Assembly (NCBI GenBank): GCA_030390025.1 | Contig: CM059433.1 | Span: forward strand, 7,752,001-7,816,000 | Direction: 5' to 3' | Source: Squalus acanthias | Lineage: Eukaryota | Length of the DNA stretch: 64,000 nucleotides | In this document: in pieces, positions 24,270-35,734 of the stretch | How positions within the stretch are numbered: position 1 is the first letter of the stretch | How the letters are laid out: every line of letters begins with the position of its first letter | Position numbers and translations under genes: made by a program | Notes under the pieces: model-generated | Seen by the model: the letters and a program-made list of their open reading frames with translations, nothing else | What the model was told of the DNA's origin: nothing | Databases searched by the model: none

Positions 24270-24504
24270 CTGACCTTGACCACTGGTCTGAGGTCATGAA
24301 GCTTCTTTGGGCACTGGAGCCAGGTGGTGGGGGCAACACTGCTGGCAGTGACGGCCTCGGTGATCTGGTCCCACATCGTTCTTTCCGGAGGGCCTCCTGG
24401 CCCCCTGTGGGTAGAGGGCCACTCTTACAGTGTTGACCCCCTGCACAAAGCTGGAGTGCTGCGTGCGAGACCCTGGGTGCCCCTTCCCTGGCTTGCTGAG
24501 CCAT
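24270..24504 (-). pseudogene. Harbinger Myb/SANT exon 1 relic
   Basis: MAQQAREGAPRVSHAALQL...WDQITEAVTASSVAPTTWLQCPKKLHDLRPVVK followed by a GTCAGT donor. Confidence 0.75.
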
Positions 24505-24890
24505 TTGTGTTGGTGCTGCGGCAGTTTTCCCATTTGTTGAGGTTCGGAAGGTAATGCAGCTTTAACAGCTGAATATTCACATTTGGAACTTCTTTTAAAT
24601 ATTGAATATTTCTTAAAAGGCAGAAAGGGCTGAAAAATGTATTGATTCACTGCATTTTATTTTGTATTCCTACAGTGTGCATGGCCCCTTTAATTCTCAG
24701 ACCTCTTCACTGCCCACAATTCCCTGCGAGCACCGCAGCTTCGCTCCCATTGGCTGTGGGAAGCAGCAACGCTGCATCTGGACAGGAACTTTGTCCCGGA
24801 TCCCTCCTGCAACGTCACCAGGACGGCGTTGCACGGAAGGTGAATGCTGCGCCACCTATCTCCATATTCAATTTCACTCGGTTTGCGTTG

Positions 24891-25361
24891 AAAGAAAAAA
24901 GCACTTGCATTTCTATAGCACCTTTCTCAACCACCGGACGTCTCAAAGCGCTTTACAGTCAATGAAGTATTACTTGAAGTGGAGTCACTGTTGTAATGTG
25001 GGAAATGCAGCAGCCAATTTGCGCACAGCAAGGTCCCGCAAACAGCAATGTGATAATGACCAGATAATCTGTTTTTGTTATGTTGATTGAGAGATAAATA
25101 TTGACCAGGACACCAGGGATAGCTCCCCTGCTCTTCTTCGAAATTGTGCCATGGGATCTTTTACATCCACCTGAGAGAGCAGATGGGGCCTCGGTTTAAC
25201 ATCTCATCTGAAAGACGGCACCTCCGACAGTGCAGCGCTCCCTCAGCACGGCACTGGAGTGTCAGCCTAACTTTATGTGCTCAAGTCCCTGGAGTGGGAC
25301 TTGAACCCACAACCTTCTGACTCAGAGGCAAGTGTGCTACCAACTGAGCCACAGCTGACAC
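24891..25361 (-). mobile_element. SacSINE1-like SINE
   Basis: Full head, Deu core and tail on the minus strand. Confidence 0.92.
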
Positions 25362-25999
25362 TTGTGGCCATTTTCAGCTGCCGGTAACACTTTGCTGGCC
25401 AACACAAATTGTTCCCCCTTTATTTGATCTGTTAGTGGCCATCTTATATTTATGCCTCCTTATCCTGGACTCATCCATAAGCGGGAACAGTTTCTCCACA
25501 TTCATCCCGTCAAACGCCTTCATAACTTTGAAAGACCTCTATCAGATCGCCTCCTAGTCTTCTCTTTTCCAAAGAAAAGAGCCCCAACCTGCTCAATCTT
25601 TCCTGTGAGTTGCATCCTCTCAACTTTGGTGACATCCTTGAAAATCTTTTCTGTACTTTCTCCTTCGCTTCAACAAAGCTTGAGTCGCTTTTGGCACCAT
25701 CTGAATATGGTGACGTGTCTCATCCTGGAAGCACATCATTCAATAGGTGCGCATTTCGTTGCTGAGGTGCGGTTTATACTATTTGCATCGTTTTTATTCT
25801 TGCTTCTGGCAGATAGCACAGTGGTTAGTGACCGGTGACCGATTGCCGGGACCCAGTCACAGGACTTGAAGTGGTCTTATTGAACAGTACGATTTACTGT
25901 TCAATGTTTGGGATTCTATTTCATTATATATTACTAATGGATGCCATATCTTGCGTATTTTATAAATCGTTGGTGTAGATTGGTCTTTGTTGTGCCCGT

Positions 26000-26550
26000 T
26001 TTATTGGTGTGGAGCGGGTGCAACGAGGACCGATTTTGGGGACCAATGTCCCGCGACCAAAGGACACCTGAAAGATGTCCAACCCGATAGTGGGTCGGGC
26101 GATTTATGCAATAGGACCATGCCTATGTAAATGAGAGGCCTGATGCCTGTTTTAGAGCCCCCTCTGCTAAATTTGATATCGCAGAGTGGAGCAGAATTCG
26201 GGCTTGCTTCTGAAGGTAAGTTTAAAAAAAAAAACAATGTTTTTAAATCATTGCTGGGGAGCCAGGAGAAGCAGGCATGCTCCTCTGACTCCACAGTACT
26301 CCAATAGGCCCTCCCAGCCCTGTTGTCACCTCCTCGCCCACCCCCTGGACTTGCCTTCGGGGTTATTAATATTAATTTCTTGAACTGGTCGAACTGCCTG
26401 TAGAACCGTGACAGGCGCCGGCAGCTCGCCTACATTTATATTAATGCAGCCTGAAGCCCAATTTCAGGGCAGCCTCGGGCCTCCTGGTTTAGGCATGGGT
26501 TTTGGCCGCACTGCGTTCTTTCATGCCCGAGGCTGAAGAATTCATACCCC
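26000..26550. mobile_element. Degenerate Harbinger-type MITE
   Basis: Right end GAATTCATACCCC; internal AGGTAAGT and GGAGCAGG motifs like those in neighbouring MITEs. Confidence 0.4.
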
Positions 26551-26589
26551 AATATGTTTTAAAATGAGCTATTTCTTGCCGCTCTTTCT

Positions 26590-26995
26590 ACTTATTCTCA
26601 TCCTTGTTTTCAAATCCCTCCATGGCCTCGCCCCTTCCTATCTCTGTAATCTCCTTCAGCCTCACAACTCCCCCGAGATATTATCTGCGCTCCTCTAATT
26701 CTGCCCTCTTGAGCATCCCTGATTATAATCTCTCAACCATTGGTGGCCGTGCCTTCTGTTGCCTGAGCCCTAAGCTCTGGAATTCCCTGCCTAAACCTCT
26801 CTGCCTCTCTACCTCTCTCTCCTCCTTTAAGACGCTCCTTAAAACCTACCTCTTTGACCAAGCTTTTGGTCACCTGCCCTAATTTATCTTTAGGTGGATC
26901 TGTGTCGATTTTTTTGTCTTAAAATACTCCTGTGCAGCGCCTTGGGACGTTTTACTACGTTAAAGGCGCTATATAAATACAAGTTGTTGTTGTTA
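26590..26995 (+). mobile_element. L2 LINE 3' end
   Basis: GGRAFCCLSPKLWNSLP...FKTLLKTYLF; tail AAAGGCGCTATATAAATACAAG(TTG)n. Confidence 0.9.
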
Positions 26996-27040
26996 TAAAT
27001 ATTACAAACTTTAACAACATAATGAGCAATAAAACCTTTA

Positions 27041-27711
27041 GGGGGAGAAATTCGGTTGCTTTGCGCCCAAAGAGGGCGCTAACGGGGTGCAAAGCAACTA
27101 GCGCCCGGGAGCGGCGCCGCCAATGCCTCCTGCGAAGTTGAGCGGGAGGTTAGCGGCGGCGGTAACCGTTAGCGCCCTGTGGCGCTGCGCCGCCAGCGAT
27201 GATGTCATCGGCGTGCGCAGCGCCCCACTCGCGCCCCGGCCGTGATCTTCGGTAGCGTTCCCCTGACTTACTGCCGGACGCTATGTCTGACGGGGTCAGG
27301 GGGGCCTACCTGCGGCCGGGGCGGCGCTATTTAAAGGTGAGGTGCTGGGCGGCCATTTTTGTTGCTGGCCGCCTGCCAGCACCTGCCCCCGTTGCCGTCC
27401 CCGGCCTCCTTACCCGCACCCCCCCCGGGGAGTGCCGGCTGCTCTCCGTGAGCCCAGCACTTCTCTTGAGTGCCGGGTTCTTTTGCCGGCACTCCGATCC
27501 TGGTGGCCCAGCTGGGCCCCGGGTTGCGTTGCGCTGGGTCCCTCCCCTTTAAGAAGGGGAAGAAGGCCTGCAATACTGCGACACGTAGCACCGCGATATT
27601 CCCTTGCTGCGCCCCGCTTCGCTCTTGGGGCACTACTGATGAATTTCGGCCGCGGGGGCGCTAAATTTTTCAGGGCGCTAAAAGTAGCGCCCTAGGCGAA
27701 GTTAGTGCCCC
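27041..27711. mobile_element. Harbinger-type MITE
   Basis: GGGGGAGAAATT...AAGTTAGTGCCCC; TSD TTA/TTA; inverted relative at 44271. Confidence 0.85.
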
Positions 27712-28044
27712 TTAATAATTTGCTCCTGGTCCTCCTAGGCCACAAGGATCCTTTACAACACTGAAAACCTTTATACTTACCTGTGCTGCTTCTGGCCCAG
27801 TGCTGCTTGCCAGCAGCTTATGCTGTCGCCTTGGAGACTGTCCACGATTCGCGCATCTCCGAGTTAAAATTACGCTGGGGCCCAAATGACGTCATCGGGC
27901 CCTGACATTTCAATATTTATGAGGCCCCCTGACTGCTGCCACAATCCCGGAAACCCGAGAGTTAAAATGCGGAGAGCCAGAATCCGGCTTCCATTTTTAC
28001 CTCGTGCTCGCACCGTTCCCCCCTGGTGGGCCAGATTAGAGTGA

Positions 28045-28498
28045 AAGAGAAAAGAAGGAACTTGCATTCCCATAGCGCCTTTCACAACCTCAGGACGTCC
28101 CAAAGCGCTTTACAGCCAATGAAGTACTTTTTGAAGTGTGGTCACTGTTGTAATGTGGGAAACGCGGCAGCCAATTTGCACACAGCAAGCTCCCGCAAAC
28201 AGCAATGAAATAAAAGGTTGATCATCTGTATTTTTAGGTGTTGGTTGAGGGATAAATGTTGGGCCTGCTCTTCTTCGAATAGTGCCAGTAGGATCTTTTA
28301 CGTCCACCTGTGAGAGCAGACGGGGCTTTGATTTAATGTCTCATCCGAAAGACGGCACCTCCGACACTGCAGCACTCTCTCGGTACTGCACTGGAGTGTC
28401 AACCTGGATTTTGTGTTCAAGTCTCTGGAGTGGGACTTGAATCCACAACCTTCTGACTCAGAGGTAAGAGTGCTACCAACTGAGCCAAGGCTGATACC
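28045..28498 (-). mobile_element. SacSINE1-like SINE
   Basis: Head, Deu core and tail. Confidence 0.9.
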
Positions 28499-28572
28499 TC
28501 AGAGGCGGAGATTGTGCGCTGAGTTTTGCGGGGACTTTCTCCATGTGCTACATTTATTCCACAGGCAACGTA

Positions 28573-29309
28573 GGGCTAGAAATTCGGTATAGCCCCATTT
28601 GGGGCGCTAAAACTTTAAAAGTTGAAAAATTAGCGCCAGGTGCTAATCATTCTCTCCTCCCGCGAAATTCAGCTTTAGCGCTCCAAGAGGGAAGTGGAGC
28701 GCTAAATCAAGCGCTAACCACGTCTCTTAGGGCGCTAAAGTCCGAGAGCGGGGCGGTAGCGGCCGAGCGCTGAACAATGTGGAGCGCATCGCTAACGGCA
28801 TCAGAGGCTGCTTCCCTCGCTTAAAGAGAAGGGCCACTGATGGTGCACGACCTACTTGTCGGCAGTTCTGCATTGCAGGGCGACCTGGGCGACTGCCATT
28901 ACAGCCCAAACACTCTCACAAAGTGGAGGGCTTGGACATCTCGCACCAATGAAACATCAAAAACCTTGCGCAGGCACCAGACCGGTGCAAGTAATAAAGG
29001 TTGCGCTAGCTGAAAACCATTCCCTTTAATTACCGCTCCTGAAGCGTCCAGCCGAGTTCACAGCACCTCCTCTTGCTGGCGATAAAGCGGGGGGTGGGGT
29101 GGCGAGAGTCAATGTTCCATCCGGGGCGATAACGGGCGCCGCGCACTTTACGACGTCGCGACCTGCGAGGCGCTAGAGGCCCAGGCGGTAAGAGTTAGCG
29201 CCAGCGCTAAACTGGTACCGAAGTTCGTGGGCGTCGCTGCACTCGCCCCCGCCCTTAGCGCCCCCGCCAGGCGGTAACGGGAGGCGCTAACATACCGAAT
29301 TTCTCCCCC
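28573..29309. mobile_element. Harbinger-type MITE
   Basis: TIRs GGGCTAGAAATTCGGTAT / ATACCGAATTTCTCCCCC; many GGCGCTAA subterminal motifs. Confidence 0.85.
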
Positions 29310-30029
29310 TATAACTTTATCCATTGGAGAAATACAATAGAGAAAGAACAGTTCCTGTTTGCTTTGATTTCAATACAGTGAGGGTGTAGGGAGTGTGTGA
29401 GATGACATTTTTGCAGCTGCAGTACTGACTGCAGTGGTATTGATAAAAGAGACAAGAGTCCACAGCAAGAGTTTGGAGGCTAGAGGTGGGAGAGGGATTG
29501 CTCTTCCTTATTTCCTGTCCAAGGATTTAAGACCGTGATTCGGAGATGATGGCTCCATAACATAAATCAGATAGGAGTGAAGAGAAATATTCTCCCCAAA
29601 AAAACTGTTACATTAAATAGTTACTCATTCTCAGCTTTTCAGCAGCCCATAACACACATAATGAAACATTTAAAGGTGTCAGAATCATCTGTTATGCAAA
29701 TGTGATCAGTCGTGGTTTCAGCTCCCTCGGGGATTGGAAATGTCTCGCACTTTTTTTTTGTTGCATTTGTCTGATCTCATTTCTCCCCATTCGGGGAGAG
29801 GCACGACTTCACTGCAAGAGCAGAGCGGGCTTCAGGCGTGCAGTCCTGGCCTTGGCTCGCACAAGCAACCAAACTTCCAGGGAACTGCGAGCAGCCTAGC
29901 CCCACAGCAAATGTGGACCTTGGACTTGCTGCCGGGTTAAGCCCACCTGTTGCGGCAATGTAAATGCAGGGAGCTGGTTGTGTGTGTTTGCAATGCTGAT
30001 TCTTTTAAGTAACTCTCACCTGAATTGCC

Positions 30030-30215
30030 GCGCTTCACGGCCTTGCTTGAAACCTACCTCTTTGACCAAGCTTTTGGTCAGCTGCCCTAATTTCTCCTTA
30101 TGTGGCTCGGTGTCAAATTTTTTGTCTTAAAATACTCCTGTGCAGCGCCTTGGGACGTTTTACTACGTTAAAGGCGCTGTATAAATACACAATGTTGTTG
30201 TTGTTGTTGTTGTTG
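30030..30215 (+). mobile_element. L2 LINE 3' tail
   Basis: Near-identical to 26840-26995; (TTG)n tail. Confidence 0.85.
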
Positions 30216-30220
30216 CTTAA

Positions 30221-31778
30221 GTCATAGAGTCATAGGGGGAAAAATTCAATATCGCCCCATTTGGGGCGCAATTATCGGCCGGGCGCAAAAATTAGCCCCT
30301 GGCGCTAATTATCGCCTCCGACTGCAAACTTGGCTTTTATCGCCCCTGGAGGTGATTGGAGCGCTAAATCAGGCGCTTCACACCTGTCTTAAGGCGCAAA
30401 GGCCGAGGAGCGAGGCGCTACCTCAGAGCGCTGGCGAAGCTCATGTGATGTCAGTCAGCAATGGAACACACACACAATGGCGCCGGCCAGTTCTTAAAGG
30501 GGAGGGTCGATCTTGCTCTCCATCCACATCCTGCTCATTGCAGCCTTGAATCTCGGCCTGGAGAGACCTGTACATCAAATCTGCTGGATAGAACAATGGA
30601 GAGAACCAGGGAAAGAGCTCAGAGTGCAGCCCCCACAGTCTCTTTTAAATAGATGCAAGGAAGGGCAAATCAAACTGAACCTGCAAAGTGCTGCTCAGTA
30701 ACCAAAACTCCTTCACACAGCGTTGAATCTCTCCAGAAGTCTCTCTCGCTCTCTCTCAGAATGCGTGGTGCAAAAATGTCACCAACAAAAAAAGGCAGGA
30801 AGCGTTCGCCTTTAAATAGCGTTCCCCCAGTCCCTTCCTGACTGCAAAACGCTCCCCTCAACCTGTCGTTGCTAGCGGCAGGCAGTAAGGCAGGGGGCGC
30901 CACTCAATATCCGCTCCGGGGTGATACCGGGGCGTTGCGCACTCGACTGACGTCATGATCTGCCGGCGCCAGAGATCGTGGCGGTAGTGTTTAGCGCCGC
31001 CGCAAAATGTCTCGTTAATTTCACGAGCGGCGCAAACATCGCAGCGCCCGGGCGCTAGTTGCTTCGCATCCCATTAGTGCCCTCTTAAGGCGCTAACGGG
31101 AGGCGCAACCAACTGAATTTTTCCCCCATAGAGTTATACAGCACAGAAAGAGGCCCTTCGGCCCATTGTGTCCGTGCCGGCCATCAAGCCCTGTCTATTC
31201 TAATCCCATTTTCCAGCACTTGGTCCGTAGCCTTGTATGCTATGGCGTTTCAAGTGCTCATCTAAATGCTTCTTGAATGTTATGAGGGTTCCTGCCTCTA
31301 CCACCCTTTAAGGCAGTGAGTTCCAGATTCCAACCACCCTCTGGGTGAAAAAGTTTTTCCTCAAATCCCCTCTAAACCTCCTGCCCCTTACCTTGAAACT
31401 ATGCCACCTGGTTATTGACCCCTCTACTAAGGGGAAAAGTTCCTTTCTATCTACCCTATCTATGCCCCTCATAATTTTGTACACCTCAATCAGGTCCCCC
31501 CTCAGTCTTCTCTGCTCCAAGGAAAACAACCCCAGCCTGTCCAGTCTCTCTTCATAGCTGGAGTGCTCCAGCCCAGGTAACATCCTGGTGAATCTCCTCT
31601 GCACCCTCTCCAATGCAATCACATCCCTCCTATAGTGTGGCGACCAGAACTGCACACAGTATTCCAGCTGTGGCCTAACTAGCGTTTTGTACAGCTCCAT
31701 CATAACCTCCCTGCTCTTATATTCTATGCCTCGGCTAATGAAGGCAAGTATCCCATATGCCTTTTTAACCACCTTACC
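30221..31778 (-). mobile_element. CR1 3' fragment with a MITE in its tail
   Basis: ORF 31308-31772 is a CR1 RT C-terminus; tail (ACTCTATG)n split by the MITE. Confidence 0.9.
30235..31127. mobile_element. Harbinger-type MITE
   Basis: TIRs GGGGGAAAAATTCA / TGAATTTTTCCCCC; TSD ATA. Confidence 0.9.
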
Positions 31779-31919
31779 TAAGTGTCTCCGTTGACAAGAG
31801 TCTGACCTGCGTTTTATGTGCTAACACAGATAGGCTGCCTGCCGTCTACACGTCATGCAAGCAGCCTGGTAAGTTAGGTTTCAGTTGATGGGCCAAGCTC
31901 GGTACTGTTAGAGCACCTC

Positions 31920-32096
31920 GGGGTGGAAATTATTCTCGGGCGGTGGCGGTATCAGATGGGCCGCCCGTTACACGCAGCGTCTGATATTCGATTCCACTGA
32001 CTGCAATCGAACTGGATGTCAGGCGCGGCGTCTAACGGGCGGACGATCCGATACCGCCCGTTTTGGCCGCACCGCCCAAGACCGATTTCTAGCCCC
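31920..32096. mobile_element. Short palindromic Harbinger-type MITE
   Basis: GGGGTGGAAATT...ATTTCTAGCCCC; arms GGCGGTATC/GATACCGCC and CCGCCCGTTA/TAACGGGCGG. Confidence 0.7.
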
Positions 32097-32267
32097 ATCG
32101 TGTTTTAATATTCTGTCAAACAGTATGGGGAAATCAATTGCACCAAATTCACTGAGAACTAGTTAAAGTCTTAACATCAGTATGTGTACTGTATTTGTCC
32201 AAAGTGATTTTCTATCATTTTGAAGCAGTAACTTGTAAGATGATCTGAGGTTGTATCATTACTGGTG

Positions 32268-32810
32268 CCATTCCACCATCTACAAGGCACAAGTCAGGAG
32301 TGTGATGGAATACTCTCCACTTGCCTGGATGAGTGCAGCTGCAACAACACGCAAGAAGCTCGACTCCATCCAGGACAAAGCAGCCCGCTTGATTGGCACC
32401 CCATCCACCACCTTAAACATTCACTCCCTCCACCACCGGCGCACCGTGGCTGCAGTGTGTACCATCTACAAGATGCACTGCAGCAACTCGCCAAGGCTTC
32501 TTCGGCAGCACCTCCCAAACCCGCGACCTCTTCCACCTAGAAGGACAAGGGCAGCAGGCGCATGGGAACACCACCACCTCCAAGTTCCCCTCCAAGTCAC
32601 ACACCATCCTGACTTAGAAGTATATCGGCCGATCCTTCGTCGTCGCTGGGTCAAAATCCTGGAACTCCCCCCCTAACAGCACTGTGGGAGTACCTTCACC
32701 ACACGGACTGCAGCGGCTCCCCACCACCTTCTCAAGGGCAAATAGGGATGGGCAATAAATGCTGGCCTTGCCAACGACGCCCACATCCCATAAAAACGAA
32801 TTTAAAAAAA
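32268..32810 (+). mobile_element. 3' fragment of LINE family B
   Basis: STIYKAQVRSVMEYSPLAW...; A-tail. Confidence 0.92.
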
Positions 32811-33034
32811 TCATCCGATATTAGCAGAACTATTAACCGCTAAACAACAGCAGAGGGGAGGACTAAACTACAAATCCCAGCACCCGATGGAAATGTATGG
32901 AAAGGGAAGAGCAGTGATGGATGTCAGTGCCCTGAGACCACAACAAATTTTCAGGTCAAGGGTCAAATCACCTTAAATTCTGTCCTGATCACTATATCTC
33001 CCTCAACCAACACCACCAGAAACAGATTAAAGAA

Positions 33035-33390
33035 AAAAAAACGGGCATTTATCACATACTCAGGATGGCCCAAAGCTCTGAACAAGTCATGAATAACGTT
33101 CGAAGTGCACTCACTGTTGTTATGGAGGCAAGCACAAACACAGCTGGCCATGTGCACTTGGCAAGGTCCCAAGAACAGTAAATGAGTGAGCGACCGGTCA
33201 ATCTGTTGCTGGTGATGCTGGTTTTTTTGAGGGGAGCCCAAGCCAGCCAGCACACCGGGGAGAACTCCCCCCTGCTCCTCTTCAGATAGTGCCATGGGAT
33301 CTTTTACAGCCACCTCAGAGGGCAGACGGGGCCCCCGGTTTAATGTTTCATCTGGAAAAATGGCACCTCCGACGATGCAGCGTTTCTTTA
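33035..33390 (-). mobile_element. Old Deu-domain SINE
   Basis: Degenerate Deu core (GTGCCATGGGATCTTTTAC...GGCACCTCCGAC). Confidence 0.7.
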
Positions 33391-33884
33391 GTGATTGAGT
33401 CAGAAAATAGGGGGAGGCAAAAGCGGGGCCAAATCAGTCAGGCTGGCATTTATCTCGTTGCTGTCTGAGGAAGCTGCAACTATGCAAAAGCGCTGCTGCG
33501 TTTGCATGACGACTGTCACCGTATTTTAAGTCATTGCACGGGTGAAGTGCTTTGTGGTGATTCTAAGGTGCTCTATAAATGTACGGTTTTCTTTTTTTTT
33601 TACTTTCACCTGGGAGGCCTAATGAATCATAACTGAAAACCAAAGACGTATCCTGCTACCCCAGTGTCTGAAATGTGTCCGTGTTCGTGCTCTGCATTTG
33701 TATTTCAGCTCCTGGTGAATTCATTCCCATTCGTGGCGTGGAATGGAAGTCAAAGCAGGAGCAACAACATCCGCACATCTGGATAGGGATGATTTTCTGC
33801 ACGGGGCCATTGCTTAAAAATCACAATTGTGACCCCAAGCTTCTGGTTGTGAAACTTCCCTGTTCATACAGGCCAGTAATGAGC

Positions 33885-34320
33885 CACAGTCGTCACATCT
33901 CGCCTCTGAGTCAGAAGGTTGGGGTTTCAGGACCCACTCCAGCGACCTAAGCAGAAAATCTAGGCTGACACCCCAGTTGGATGTGTTGTTTTTTTTTCAG
34001 ATGAGACGGTAAACCGAGGCCCCGTCTGCTCTCTGAGGTGGATGTAAAAGATCCCCATGGGCACTATTTTGAAGAAGAGCAGGGAAGTTATCCCCGGTGT
34101 CCTGGGGCCAATATTTATCCCTCAATCAACATCCTTAAAAAACAGATTCTCTGGTCATTATCACATTGCTGTTTGTGGGAGCTTGCTGTGCGCAAATTGG
34201 CTGCTACGTTTTATACATTGCAACAGTGACTACACTTCAAAAGTACTTCATTGGCTGTAAAGCGCTTTGGGACGTCCTGAGGCCGTGAAAGGTGCTATAG
34301 AAATGCAAGTCTTTCTTTTT
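33885..34320 (+). mobile_element. SacSINE1-like SINE
   Basis: Deu core and tail; internal deletion. Confidence 0.88.
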
Positions 34321-34721
34321 TTTCTTTAGACAATAGGGAGAAGAATAAAAATGTTTTGTTCATTCTATTAACAGCCTAACCGGAATGATGGCCCACGATG
34401 ACCAGCACTGGCCATTGATGTTCATCAGCAGCAGGGGAAGAAAGTACCTCTTGAGGTAGGTGTCCACATCATCGGCGGTACCAGCCCCACCTTGTTTATA
34501 TATAGCATTGCCACCAGAGTCGGGGCTGCCTCTGGAAGTGCACCGCTGTAAGATAAATGTAGCAAGGATTTAATAATCCTAGGCGAAGCTAGATAAACAT
34601 ACGAGGGAGAAAGGAATAGAAGGATATGTTGCTGGGGTTGGATGAAGAAGGGTGAGAGGAGGCTCGTGTGGAGCATAAACACCGGCACGGACCAGTTGGG
34701 CCAAATGGCCTGCTTCTGTGA

Positions 34722-35183
34722 TAGAAAGAAAGACTTGCATTTATATAGCGCCTTTCACAACCACCGGATGTCTCAAAGTGCTTTACAGTCAATGAAGTAC
34801 TTTTTGAAGTGTGGTCACTGTTGTAATGTGGGAAACGCGGCAGCCAATTTGCGCACAGCAAGCTCCCACAAACAGCAATGTGATAATGACCAGATAATCT
34901 GTTTTTGTTATGTTGGTTGAGGGATAAATATTGGCCCAGGACACCGGGGATAACTCCCCTGCTCTTCTTCGAAATAGTGCCCATGGGATCTTTTACGCCC
35001 ACCTGAGAGAGCAGACGGGGCCTTGGTTTAACATCTCATCCAAAAGACGGCACCTCCGACAGTGCAGCACTCCCTTGAGTGTCAGCCTAGCTTTATGTGC
35101 TCAAGTCCCTGGAGTGGGGACTGTGAACCCACAACCTTCTGACTCAGAGGTGAGCGTGCTACCCACTGAGCCACAGCTGACAC
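34722..35183 (-). mobile_element. SacSINE1-like SINE flanked by two CR1 3'-UTR pieces (34589-34720, 35194-35345, +)
   Basis: Full SINE; both flanks carry GGAGGCTCGTGTGGAGCATAAACACCGGCACGGACC. Confidence 0.9.
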
Positions 35184-35734
35184 CAAGGATAAACTAGATT
35201 AACACATGAGGGAGAAAGGGATAGAAGGATATGTTGCTGGGGGTGAGATGAAGAGGGGTGGGAGGAGGCTCGTGTGGAGCATAAACACCGGCACGGACCT
35301 GTTGGGCCGAATGGCCTGTTTCTGTGCTGTAAATACTCTGCAATACTATGTAGTGTTGCTACCATTCTTACTGCGCAAATTCTGGTCGTGCTTTTTCTGA
35401 ACACACAGTAGCGAAGCTGCTCAAATAGGCGAGAACTTCTTTTCGCTTCAATAACTTTGCCAATCGCTGCTGAAACTCAGTATAAGGTACTGCATCGGGC
35501 GTACAAGGGGGAAGCAGCACGGCTTCAGTCACTCAGCGTGGCGTCACCATGATTTTTTTGGGGGGCTTTTCTATCTTCATGTGCAACGTCGCTGCTGCTG
35601 AATGTGAAGCTGGGACTCGTATCTGGAGTTTAATTTTAACGATCCATTCATATACCGAAGCCACAGGTCCCTTGTGCGGCGCCCAGCCCCTAGAAACAGC
35701 CACGTTTACATGTGCAGCTTTTCTTAAAAACTAC

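Larger units (their letters stand above)
20140..25418. mobile_element. Internally deleted PIF/Harbinger transposon #3
   Basis: TIRs GGGCTAGAAATT / AATTGTTCCCCC, TSD TTT; acidic transposase C-terminal relic ~23630-23885 (+); Myb exon ~24270-24504 (-). Confidence 0.75.
19880..25660 (-). mobile_element. Old CR1 3' fragment (19880-20139 and 25419-25660) split by Harbinger #3
   Basis: The two pieces join into continuous CR1 sequence across the TTT TSD. Confidence 0.7.

Noticed and set aside
33709..33880. Plus-strand acceptor followed by an open frame (APGEFIPIRGVEW...)
   Set aside because: No clear donor, no homology, and it runs into a SINE.
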